Shown here: in pieces, positions 21,399-30,142 of the stretch | Position numbering within the stretch: position 1 is the stretch's first letter | Layout of the letters: each line of letters starts with the position of its first letter | NCBI GenBank assembly: GCA_963839135.1 | Contig: CAWIUA010000013.1 | Span: forward strand, 27,360-91,359 | Direction: 5' to 3' | DNA from: an uncultured Alphaproteobacteria bacterium | GTDB lineage: Bacteria; Pseudomonadota; Alphaproteobacteria; Acetobacterales; Acetobacteraceae | DNA length: 64,000 bases | The notes under the pieces: generated by a model | The model's database searches: none | The model's input: only the letters and a program-made list of their open reading frames with translations | Told to the model about the DNA's origin: nothing | Position numbers and translations under genes: made by a program

Positions 21399-22352
21399 AT
21401 GGACACCTTGATCGGTCAGAAATCCCAGGCGGCCCCGAAAGGCCGCGCGCCGGGCGGCGACACCGCGATGATCGTGGACGGCGATCAGAGCACGTTCATG
21501 CAGGACGTTATCGAGGCCTCGCGCAACGTCCCCGTGCTGGTGGATTTCTGGGCGACCTGGTGCGGCCCCTGCAAGCAGCTCACCCCGGCGCTCGAGCGCG
21601 TCACGCAAGCCGCGGGCGGTCGCATCAAGCTCGTCAAGATCGATATCGACAAGAACCGCGGCCTCGTACAGCAGCTCACCCAGCTCGGCATCCCCATGCA
21701 ATCCGTGCCGACCGTGGTCGCGTTCTGGCAGGGGCAGATCGCCGATCTGTTCCAGGGTGCGTTGCCGGAGAGCGAGGTCAAGCGGTTCGCGGAGAGCCTG
21801 CTGCAGCTCGCTGGCGGCTCAATGCCGGCGGCTGATCTGCTCGCGGAGGCACGCGCTGCCGTTGACGAGGATCGCCACGAGGACGCAGCCGGGCTGTTCG
21901 CCGCCATGCTGCAGGCGGAGCCTGAGAACCCGGACGCCTGGGGCGGGCTGCTTCGCGCACTCATCGCCATGGGCCAAGAAGATCAGGCCCGCGACGCGCT
22001 CGCGCAGGTCCCGCCCAGCATCGCCGAGCACGCTGAGATCGCTGGCGCCCGCAGCGCGCTCGCCCTAGCCGCGGAGGGCCGCCAGGCCGCCGCCAAGCTG
22101 GCGCAGTTCGAGCGCCGCCTCGCTGCCGATCCTGCGGACCACGCGGCCCGCTATGAACTTGCGACGGCGCTGAACGCGACGGGGCGGCGGGCAGAGGCGG
22201 CGGATGCGCTCCTGGACATCATGCGCCGCGACCGCGAGTGGAACGACGACGCGGCCCGGCTGCAGATCCTCAAGCTGTTTGAAGCCTGGGGCTTGGCCGA
22301 TCCGGACACGCTCGCCGCCCGGCGCAAGCTCTCGGCCCTGCTGTTCAGCTAG
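21399..22352 (+). CDS. thioredoxin-domain + TPR co-chaperone (YbbN/CnoX-like)
   Basis: VLVDFWATWCGPCK motif followed by a TPR-like helical C-terminal half. Confidence 0.85.
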   Translation: MDTLIGQKSQAAPKGRAPGGDTAMIVDGDQSTFMQDVIEASRNVPVLVDFWATWCGPCKQLTPALERVTQAAGGRIKLVKIDIDKNRGLVQQLTQLGIPMQSVPTVVAFWQGQIADLFQGALPESEVKRFAESLLQLAGGSMPAADLLAEARAAVDEDRHEDAAGLFAAMLQAEPENPDAWGGLLRALIAMGQEDQARDALAQVPPSIAEHAEIAGARSALALAAEGRQAAAKLAQFERRLAADPADHAARYELATALNATGRRAEAADALLDIMRRDREWNDDAARLQILKLFEAWGLADPDTLAARRKLSALLFS

Positions 22353-22366
22353 CGCGAGCGAGGATC

Positions 22367-23038
22367 GTGGATATCGGGCCGGACCCGCGCAGGCATGGCG
22401 GCCTGCCAGGAGAGTTCCCCATCTTCCCGCTCGCGGGTGCTTTGCTGCTTCCGGGCGGGAAGCTGCCCCTCAACATCTTCGAGCCGCGCTACCTCGCCAT
22501 GGTCGAGGACGCGCTTGCCGAGCGGCGCTGCATCGGCATGATCCAGCCTGACGAGGCGCGCCCGCACGGGGAGTCGGGTCCGGCGCTCTACCGGGTCGGC
22601 TGCCTCGGCCGGCTCGTTTTGTTCAGCGAGACCGAAGACGGCCGCTACCTCATCACGCTCGCCGGCATCAGCCGTTTCGAGGTCGCCGAGGAACTGACCA
22701 CGCACCGGGGCTACCGCAGGGTTCGAGCCGGCTTCGCCCGGTTCGCGACCGACCTCGACGACCGCGGACAGCCCCCGCTCACCGACCGGCCCGCGCTGCT
22801 CGCGGCACTCCGCAGCTACTTCCAGGTGCACGGCTTCGACGCGAATTGGGACGTGATCGACAGCATGGAGGACGAGGCGCTCGTCACCACGCTGGCGATG
22901 GTCTGCCCGTTCGGCCCGGCGGAGAAGCAGGCGCTGCTGGAGGCGCCGCCGGGCGGGGAACGCGCGGCGGCGCTGCTGACGCTGCTGCAGATGGGCGCGC
23001 ACGAGTCGCCGCGTACCGAAGGCCCGGCCCCAAGCTAA
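22367..23038 (+). CDS. LON N-terminal (substrate-binding) domain protein
   Basis: FPLAGALLLPGGKLPLNIFEPRY motif, 223 aa. Confidence 0.85.
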   Translation: MDIGPDPRRHGGLPGEFPIFPLAGALLLPGGKLPLNIFEPRYLAMVEDALAERRCIGMIQPDEARPHGESGPALYRVGCLGRLVLFSETEDGRYLITLAGISRFEVAEELTTHRGYRRVRAGFARFATDLDDRGQPPLTDRPALLAALRSYFQVHGFDANWDVIDSMEDEALVTTLAMVCPFGPAEKQALLEAPPGGERAAALLTLLQMGAHESPRTEGPAPS

Positions 23039-23060
23039 ATGATAGGCTAGGAGCGTCATC

Positions 23061-23243
23061 TTGTCGGACCACGACCTCGACCCTCGCCTCCTGGCAATCC
23101 TGGTCTGCCCTGTCACCAAGGGACCGCTGGAGTGGGATCCGGCCGCTGGCGAGCTAATCAGCCGCCGCGCCGGGCTGGCGTACCCGGTGCTCGAGGGAAT
23201 CCCGATCATGCTGCCCGACGAGGCGCGGAAGCTCGGAGACTAA
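23061..23243 (+). CDS. Trm112/UPF0434 family small protein
   Basis: 60 aa. [14 protein letters not shown]...GIPIML motif. AGGAG + TTG start. Confidence 0.85.
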   Translation: MSDHDLDPRLLAILVCPVTKGPLEWDPAAGELISRRAGLAYPVLEGIPIMLPDEARKLGD

Positions 23244-23749
23244 CGCGCGACCCGGACGGCGGTGAGCCCCGCAGCGAGCGCTGCTTGCAGTTCAGGGAGC
23301 GGCAGCGCCACGCAGCCCTCAGTCGGGCCGCCATCCGGGCGCGCCACGTGCAGGAAGATCGCCGACCCCCGGCCCGGCACCGGCGGCGCGTCGTTCCAGC
23401 CGAGCACCGCGATAACGTCGTAGAGGCCGTCCTCGCGCCAGAGCGCCTCGCAGTGCGCGGTGTGCGGCAAGCGAACCGCACAATTGTAGTCGGCGCTCGC
23501 CGGGTCGTCGCACCAGCCGTCGTGCGGCGCGAGCGGTGTGACGAGCACGGACGCACGTGGGCGCGGCACCCGGTCCGCCCGATAGAGCACCCGGCGCAGC
23601 TTCAGCAGCCCGGCCGGCGTCGCGCCATCGCCCTCGCGCTTGTCCCCGCCTAGGCCATTGGGGCCACGTACGCCGCCACGGCCGAGCGAGGCGCGGAGCA
23701 GTGTAGCCCCCATGCGCCACACCCCGTCCGCGGCGACCTGCGCCTCCAT
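23240..23749 (-). CDS. L,D-transpeptidase (YkuD-fold) family protein
   Basis: GDGATPAG...SAIFLHVA...TEGCVAL catalytic Cys motif. ATG 23749 overlaps the upstream stop (TGATG). Confidence 0.75.
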   Translation of the reverse strand: MEAQVAADGVWRMGATLLRASLGRGGVRGPNGLGGDKREGDGATPAGLLKLRRVLYRADRVPRPRASVLVTPLAPHDGWCDDPASADYNCAVRLPHTAHCEALWREDGLYDVIAVLGWNDAPPVPGRGSAIFLHVARPDGGPTEGCVALPLPELQAALAAGLTAVRVAR

Positions 23750-24324
23750 CAGGCTCGCCCACCATGTCCGCCCTCGACAATGCCGGCCTGAGCAAGCATC
23801 GTCCCAGAAGCGGCGGCCTTGTAAGCGTTCGTGCCGCGCCGCGGGTCGCCCACGAGGGCGAGTTGCTCCGGCGTGCTCGGGCGCAGCCACTCGGGCTGCG
23901 TGGTCGCGAGGCTGACGTATTCGCTTTTGCCCAGCGTGCCGGGCGTGACGGGCTGCATGCCGGCCTGCGACCCAGTCACGGTCATCCCGGCAGGCGCGGG
24001 TGGGCGCGACGTGTCGGGGCCCATCGCGATGATCTCGGTGAACAGCTCCGTGACCGCCGCGCCCAACATGCCGAGCGGGCCGCCGAGGATGCCGGCACCC
24101 AGGACCTTGAGCGGCTCCGGTATCTGATCGCCCGTCTCTGCCCGGTAGATCCTGCCGACCACGGGCACATGCTGCAGCGGGTTCAGCGCCGAAAGCACCT
24201 GGCTGAACGGCACACTCATCGGGCGCGGCGCGGCATCGGGCCGGACCGGCGGCCCGCCATCGGCCGGATGCAGCCAGCCGAAAGCATCCACGAACGAAGC
24301 AGCGTTGGTCGTCGCCGGGCTCAT
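23749..24324 (-). CDS. hypothetical protein (Pro/Gly-rich, one hydrophobic segment)
   Basis: 191-aa ORF translationally coupled to the L,D-transpeptidase gene. No family recognised. Confidence 0.5.
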   Translation of the reverse strand: MSPATTNAASFVDAFGWLHPADGGPPVRPDAAPRPMSVPFSQVLSALNPLQHVPVVGRIYRAETGDQIPEPLKVLGAGILGGPLGMLGAAVTELFTEIIAMGPDTSRPPAPAGMTVTGSQAGMQPVTPGTLGKSEYVSLATTQPEWLRPSTPEQLALVGDPRRGTNAYKAAASGTMLAQAGIVEGGHGGRA

Positions 24325-24350
24325 CGCGACGAGCCTAGCAAGCGCCGTGC

Positions 24351-25529
24351 CTACAGCAGGTGCCCGAGGCGCAGGGCCTTGGTCGCGAGGTAATGGTCGT
24401 CAACGCCATTTGGAGGGATGACCAACGGCTCGCGCGCGACGACCTCGATGCCGCAGGCGGCGAGGCCGGCGACCTTGTCGGGATTGTTGGTGAGCAGCCG
24501 CACCCGGCGCACTCCTACCGCCTCCAGGATCGCCGCCGCGGCGAGAAAGCGGCGCTCGTCCGCATCCCAGCCGAGCGCCCGGTTCGCGTCCAGCGTATCG
24601 AGGCCGCGATCCTGCAGCGCGTAGGCGCGGAGCTTATTCACGAGGCCGATCCCCCGCCCTTCCTGCGCGAGATACACGAGGACGCCTGCCCCCTCCGCCG
24701 CCATGCGGGCCAGCGCCGTGCGGAGCTGGGCGCCGCAGTCGCAGCGCAGCGACCCGAGCAGATCGCCCGTGAAGCACTCGGAATGGACGCGGACGAGCGG
24801 CACCTGGCCGTCCGGCAAGCTCTCGGGCTGGCCGACGAGGATCGCGAGGTGCTCGATGCCGCCGTCCGGCGCGCGGAATGCCGCCACGCGCGCGTCCGGC
24901 GCGTCGGCGAGCGGGACATGGGCTTCCGCGACGTGGGCGAGCGCGGCGGTCTCCGCGGCGGGGTGCCGCAGCACGTCCTCGCCTGGCACGCGGAGCAGGT
25001 CGAACTCGGCGGCACGCGCGGCCGCGTCCGGCCCGGCAGGTGCGACGAGCATGGCCGGCAGAAGGCGCGCGAGCTTGGCGAGCACGAGCGCCGCATCGCC
25101 GCCGGCAGGAACGGCGGCGAACTGTGGCGGCTCCGCGAGGAGCTGGTCGGCCGTGGGATCGGCGACACCGCGGAGCAGCGCCGGGTCGAGGAGCCCTGCC
25201 GCGCGGAATGCTACGGCCGACGCATCCGAGGTGCTAGAAGGCGCTCCGGACGACGCAACCGGACGGCGCAGGACGGCGGCGGCGCGCACGGGCGAGAGCA
25301 GCAGCACCGGAGGCGCTGCCGCGAGCGCGGCGAGGTCGGAAAGACCACGGGCACCGGCCGTCTCGGCGGCGAGCACGACGAGGGGCGCCTCGCCCTCCAG
25401 CAGCACAGGCGTGCCGCGACGCTGCTCCGCCGCTGCACGATGAACAGCCCGCAAACGCAACGCCACGGGATCGGGAATCAATGATTTCAGGGCGCTCTCC
25501 GCAACCTTCCGCGTCCTGCCCGGAGCCAT
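24351..25529 (-). CDS. ribA: GTP cyclohydrolase II with N-terminal degenerate RibB-like domain
   Basis: The C-terminal half carries VRVHSECFTGDLLGSLRCDCGAQL and the NKLRAYALQD motif. Start chosen at ATG 25529. Confidence 0.85.
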   Translation of the reverse strand: MAPGRTRKVAESALKSLIPDPVALRLRAVHRAAAEQRRGTPVLLEGEAPLVVLAAETAGARGLSDLAALAAAPPVLLLSPVRAAAVLRRPVASSGAPSSTSDASAVAFRAAGLLDPALLRGVADPTADQLLAEPPQFAAVPAGGDAALVLAKLARLLPAMLVAPAGPDAAARAAEFDLLRVPGEDVLRHPAAETAALAHVAEAHVPLADAPDARVAAFRAPDGGIEHLAILVGQPESLPDGQVPLVRVHSECFTGDLLGSLRCDCGAQLRTALARMAAEGAGVLVYLAQEGRGIGLVNKLRAYALQDRGLDTLDANRALGWDADERRFLAAAAILEAVGVRRVRLLTNNPDKVAGLAACGIEVVAREPLVIPPNGVDDHYLATKALRLGHLL

Positions 25530-25787
25530 GCCTTGCCACCCTCCGCCTCTCGGTCGCATCCGTCGGCAGCGTATATGGCCGGCCTGCTTCCGGACAGCCG
25601 TGCTTCCTCACGAGAATGTGTGCAACACTTATGCCATCGTCGTGAAGTGATCCGAGCTTACCTGCGTTGGAGGGAGAGGAGGCGCTGCATACCGTGCAGG
25701 AATGCATGGCATGGGTCATCGGCGCACGGCAACATCAGAGGCGAGGCCTCCGGCGCGACGCGGGTCGTGCCGCATGTGAGGACATGA

Positions 25788-26504
25788 TTGATGACTGGTG
25801 ATCGTCCCATCCTGGTCGTCGATGATGACGACATCCTGCGCGAGACGCTTCGGGAGCAGTTGCAGGTTGACGGCGAGTTCACTGCCGACGAGGCCGGCAC
25901 GCTCGCCGAAGCTCAGACCAAGGTCACGGGGAAGGACGCGCGCTACGACGCCGTGATCCTCGACGTGACGATGCCGGACGGCGACGGGCGCGACTTCTGT
26001 GCCCAGCTCCGCCAGGACGGGTTCCGCATGCCGATCATCATGCTGACCGGCTCGGACGACGAGGCGGACGTTGTGCGCGGCCTCGATGCGGGTGCGAACG
26101 ACTACATCGCCAAGCCCTTTCGCCTTGCGGAGCTGCTGGCGCGGCTGCGGGCGCAGCTCCGCATCTTCGAGAACAGCGAGGACGCGGTCTTCACCATCGG
26201 CCCCTACACGTTCCGCCCGAGCGCGAAGCTCCTGCAGGAGCCGCAGAAGAACCGCCGCATCCGGCTGACCGAGAAGGAAGCGGCGATCCTCAAGTTCCTC
26301 TACCGCGCCGGGGAGCGCCCGGTGGCGAGGCAGGTGCTCTTGAATGAAGTGTGGGGCTACAACGCCGCGGTGACGACGCACACGCTGGAGACGCACATCT
26401 ACCGCCTGCGCCAGAAGATCGAGCCGGACCCGAGCAACGCGCGGCTGCTGGTCACGGAGGGCGGGGGATATCGGCTGGACCCGGCGGGGGTGGGGGTGGC
26501 GTAG
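25788..26504 (+). CDS. OmpR-family response regulator (receiver + winged helix)
   Basis: ILVVDDD...DVTMPDGDG...DYIAKPF receiver, LTEKEAAILKFL...THIYRLRQKI wHTH. Start is TTG 25788 or ATG 25791. Confidence 0.9.
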   Translation: MMTGDRPILVVDDDDILRETLREQLQVDGEFTADEAGTLAEAQTKVTGKDARYDAVILDVTMPDGDGRDFCAQLRQDGFRMPIIMLTGSDDEADVVRGLDAGANDYIAKPFRLAELLARLRAQLRIFENSEDAVFTIGPYTFRPSAKLLQEPQKNRRIRLTEKEAAILKFLYRAGERPVARQVLLNEVWGYNAAVTTHTLETHIYRLRQKIEPDPSNARLLVTEGGGYRLDPAGVGVA

Positions 26505-26651
26505 CGCTCAAACCCGATAAGGCTGGGGGCAACCGACGACCCCGTGCAGTGTCCTGCGAATGCCGACCATCAGAGCAGTTGGCCCGCGAACATACCGAAG
26601 GTTGGACTGAGACCAGCCGTTCTATTCAGTGACCCGTCCTGTTCCCCTCCA

Positions 26652-26748
26652 CCGTCATGGCCGGCGCAGGCCGGCCATCCACGACTTCGGCGTGTGACGG
26701 CGGTGCGGCTCGAAGACGTGGATGCCCGTGCCAAGCACGGGCATGACG
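26652..26748. repeat. structured intergenic repeat (two GC hairpins nested in a longer inverted repeat, REP-like)
   Basis: ATGGCCGGC-GCAG-GCCGGCCAT (26657-26678) and ATGCCCGTGC-CAA-GCACGGGCAT (26722-26744). Flanks CATCCACGACTTCG / CGAAGACGTGGATG and CCGTCAT / ATGACGG pair. Confidence 0.6.
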
Positions 26749-26882
26749 GGGTGGCGTATAGCAGAGGTCATCGATTAGAGCGGCCGGTGTGAGACCGAGT
26801 TGCGGCCGGGCTCACGGTCTGTTGCGGTCCTCGGCTGTATGGTTGATGTTGCCACAGCAACGCTTTAGGGCGGCATTGCAGC

Positions 26883-27788
26883 ATGTTCATGCCCGTGGCC
26901 TTTACGCTTGCGAGCTATCTGAGCGGCTATGTGGGCCTCCATACCGGAGGAAGCGGCTTCATCGGCGGCACGGCTACGAGCATCTTTGCCGGTCTGGCAA
27001 TGGATGGGATGAAAACCCTCTGTCGGTTCGGTAATGAGGCATATCTCCGACGGTACAAAGGCATTGACGAGAACCATGTTGTCATGCGCGGCATCCGAGA
27101 GGCGCAGCTCGAGGCCCTCTCCGCCGTGCTGCAGCGCTTCGACGCGGACAGGCGGGACCACCGGGACTCGGCGCAGGAGAGCTTCGCCGAGCTCCTACAG
27201 AAGTTCCTCCAACGCGAGGAGAAACTGGTCAGCAAGCTCCGGTTCGACGGACCGCCCGAGGCCACCGAGGCCGAGAGGCAACTGCGGCTCGACGTCGTCG
27301 GGCTGCTGCCCGATGCGGTCTCGCCGGCTCTCGCCGCGCGGCGCGGCCTGGCGGACGCCGCAGCCGATCGTGATCGGTTTCAACGGGCTTGCGAGAAGGC
27401 CGTCCTGGGAGAGCTGCGTGCGCTGGTGTTCGAGGAGATCCCGCCGTTCTTTCTTGCCGCTTTCGAGGGCAATCGGGACCGCGCCGACGGTTGGTTCGAC
27501 CTGTTCTTCCGCAGGGTCGCAGAGGAGATAAAGAAGGGCGGGACGTTCGCCCAGATCTGGCAGGCCGAGCAGGTGGCCGCCATCGCCTATACGACCGGCG
27601 CTGCCGCCGAGAACGCCGCGCTGATCGCGGAGGCGGTGCAGGCGATCCGTGACGGGGTGATCGCCCAAGGCACGGCGCTCTCGGCCCTGGCGGGCGAGGT
27701 CGAAGCAGTGCGCGAGCACGTCGCGGCGATTCATGCGCGGACCATCGGCGATCTCGCCATGCCGCTCGACTTCGCGGTCCTCGGTTGA
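26883..27788 (+). CDS. N-terminal module of the NLR-like locus: glycine-rich two-helix membrane segment + helical domain
   Basis: 301-aa ORF. First about 45 aa are hydrophobic and Gly-rich (GLHTGGSGFIGGTATSIFAGLAMDG); the rest is helical and charged. It ends 56 nt inside the next ORF and may be fused to it by a 1-nt indel. Confidence 0.6.
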   Translation: MFMPVAFTLASYLSGYVGLHTGGSGFIGGTATSIFAGLAMDGMKTLCRFGNEAYLRRYKGIDENHVVMRGIREAQLEALSAVLQRFDADRRDHRDSAQESFAELLQKFLQREEKLVSKLRFDGPPEATEAERQLRLDVVGLLPDAVSPALAARRGLADAAADRDRFQRACEKAVLGELRALVFEEIPPFFLAAFEGNRDRADGWFDLFFRRVAEEIKKGGTFAQIWQAEQVAAIAYTTGAAAENAALIAEAVQAIRDGVIAQGTALSALAGEVEAVREHVAAIHARTIGDLAMPLDFAVLG

Positions 27789-29846
27789 CACGGCCGGCCA
27801 TCTGCGCTTCGCCCCGCGCAACCCGCTGGTTCCCTTCTTCGGCCGGGGCACGGAGATGGAGGCTCTGCACGGCTTCCTGAACGCCCCTCCCGACTTCACG
27901 TGGTGGCTCCTCTGCGGCTCGGGCGGAGCCGGCAAGACGCGGCTGTGCCTTCGGCTTGCCATGCTGGCTCATGCCGAAGGCTGGCGCGCCGGCTTCCTGC
28001 CCAAGGACTACATTGCCGATGCGGCCACCCTCGACGCATGGCAGCCGCAGCGGCCAACGCTGATCGTCGCTGATTACACTCTGAAGCGGCGGGACGCCGT
28101 GCGCGTGCTGGCAGAGCGGCTGGCCCGCCGCGTCGGCGCGCTGCCGCAGCCCGTACGTCTGTTGCTGATCGAGCGCGAGGGGGGCGAGAACTTCGACGCG
28201 CAGTTCCTGGGCGCCGACAGCCAGGGCGTGATCAAGCCGCACCGTCATGCCGATCCGGCATTTGGCTCCGAGCTTGCCTTGCCGTCGCTGGCGGAGGACG
28301 ATCTGTGGACACTGGCCGAAGGGGGGCGTTGGCAACCGGCACCACGGCCGCTGCCCCTCCCGCGCGACGCATTCTTCGAGCGGCTGGACGAGCTGGACCA
28401 AGAGCGGCGGCCGTTGGTGGCGATGATCCTGGCCGACGCGGTGGCCGCCGACCCTGGGCGCCCCGCCTTCGACAGCCTCGCAGAGGAGCTGAGGGAGCTG
28501 CTGAAGCGCGACCGCCGCTATCTCTGGCCGGCCAAGCTCGACTGCGCCGAGGCAGAGATCGGTGCGCCGGATGCCGACCCGGCGATCGCCTTCGCCACCA
28601 TGCTGGACGGCATGGCGCAGGAGGAGTTCGATACGCTGGAAGCCGCGTGTGGCCGGCCCCTGGATTTCGACTCGGCGCCTGTGCTTCCGCGCTGGGGACG
28701 AGCTTCGACTCGCATGAGCCGCGTCTGCCGCCCCTGGAGCCTGACCTGATCGGCGAGTTCTTCGCACTGGAGGTGCTGGACAGCCGAGAGGGCTTCCGCG
28801 GCCTGCGTCATCCGCGCCTGGGCGAAGCGGCTTGGCGCCAGCGGCCGGATCGCATGGCGGATTTCGTGCGGCGCGCCGGCCAGAACTTCCCGGGCCATCG
28901 GGCGATCCAGCCCCTGCAGGTGCCTATACCCGGCATCGCCGAGAGCTGGCGCCTGCGTGGCTTCAGCCTGCTGCTGGGGGCCGGCACCTTGGATTCCGGA
29001 CTTGTGGCGACGATGGATGCGCTGCGCGACGCCGCCGCGAAGGACGTTGCGGCGGCGGGCGCGCTTGCCGAGATCGCCGTCGCTGTGACGGCCCTGCCCG
29101 ACGAGGCGACCGCGCCGGCGCTGCGCCGTTCCTTGCTACGGGACATGGCCGTGATCGCCGACGCCCACCCGGCGGAGCCGCCGCTGCGCGAGCAGTGGGC
29201 CAAGGCGGCCTACCAACTATCTCACCAACCGCGCCGCCGCGGAGCCTGAGGCCTGCCGTGCGCTGCTCGACGCGCTGCACAGCCCTCGCCGACGCCCACC
29301 CGGCGGAGCCGCCGCTGCGCGAGCAGTGGGCCAAGGCGGCCAACAACTACGTCTTCAACCGCGCCGCGGCGGAGCCTGAGGCCTGCCGTGCGCTGCTCGA
29401 TGCGCTGCGCAGCCTCGCCGACGCCCACCCGGCGGAGCCGCCACTGCGCGAGTGGTGGGTCCGTTGTAGTGATGCCTATGTAATTACGTGGCGGACGCAG
29501 GCGCCGGACGAGACCTTGTGGCTGTTGGACGCCACGGCGGCGGTCGTGGAGGCGCATCCGGGCGAGGACCCGTTGTTCTACTGGCACGCCATGGGCGCGG
29601 TGGCGTGGCTGCAGGTGAACGTCGCGAACGAACCAGGATGCGGGGGAGCAGGTCTGGCAGCGCCTCCTTCATCTCGCGGACGGCCGCGAGGCGGTGTTGC
29701 ACGAGGTTCTCGCACGCTTCGGGATTGAGCTCCAGCGGCGAGTGAGCCCGCGGCGGCATCGCCGGCTCAAGCCGATCCGCCAGCCTGACAATCCCGCCTG
29801 CATGGAATCTCCTGTGCCATCCGAAGCCGGACAATGGTCAGGTTAG
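27733..29846 (+). pseudogene. STAND/NLR-like P-loop NTPase with C-terminal 43-aa helical repeats, spread over >=4 frames as sequenced
   Basis: FFGRGTEMEAL - Walker A CGSGGAGKTRL - Walker B TLIVADY - RLLLIER - LEPDLIGEFFALEVL. Frame changes lie near 28690, 29212, 29284 and about 29620. The last frame ends at TAG 29844-29846. Confidence 0.65.
29157..29455 (+). repeat. 2.3 near-identical tandem copies of a 129-nt (43-aa) coding unit
   Basis: Units start at 29157, 29288 and 29417 (GCCGACGCCCACCCGGCGGAGCCGCC...). They encode ADAHPAEPPLREQWAKAANNYVFNRAAAEPEACRALLDALRSL. The first unit is 131 nt because of two extra C residues. Confidence 0.85.
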
Positions 29847-30024
29847 CTGCCGCTCGATTGCCGAATTCTGATTTCTGCACCGGAAGCGAATGAGTGTGGG
29901 TAGGTCGCGCGAGCCGAGAAGGTTTCGAAGCCACCGACCGCGCTTGAATGTCGGCCGGATTTCCCCGAGTGCCTACTCAAACTGGCCCTGTGATACCGAC
30001 CGCCCTGAACGCTGACCGGCCCGG

Positions 30025-30142
30025 GCCATGACCGGCGCCTCCCGTCACGCAACCCACTCACCCCTTGACCCCGCGGGCGACAAACCACCTTATCCTCCCC
30101 GATGTCCTCCAGCCCCACCCTCCCCGACCCAACAGACCGCGC
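30025..30142 (+). repeat. about 118-bp segment duplicated in inverted orientation at 50854-50972 (upstream region + first 14 codons of an orphan gene)
   Basis: Hand alignment: GCCATGACCGGCGCCTCCCGTCACGCAACCCACTCA...CTTGACCCCGCGGGCGACAAACCACCTTATCCTCCCCGATGTCCTCCAGCCCC matches the reverse complement of 50854-50972 with scattered substitutions. Confidence 0.8.

Noticed and set aside
25530-25787. FMN riboswitch (RFN element) upstream of the ribA-like gene.
   Set aside because: I could not find the conserved RFN core segments on the relevant strand by eye. This needs an Infernal/Rfam scan to be sure.
26544-26792. 82-aa ORF spanning the REP-like element.
   Set aside because: Its sequence is dictated by the hairpin repeats (the VDARAKHGHDG-type pseudo-peptide), with no SD or start context.
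29157-29455. Possible CRISPR-like or non-coding repeat array.
   Set aside because: The units are 129 nt, contiguous with no spacers, and in frame with a protein helical repeat. No cas genes are anywhere in the window.
29484-29834. 116-aa minus-strand ORF at the end of the NLR-like locus.
   Set aside because: The plus-strand reading (EQVWQRLLHLADGREAVLHEVLARFGIEL) continues the helical-repeat pattern of the upstream gene, so the minus ORF is probably its mirror. Confidence is not high.
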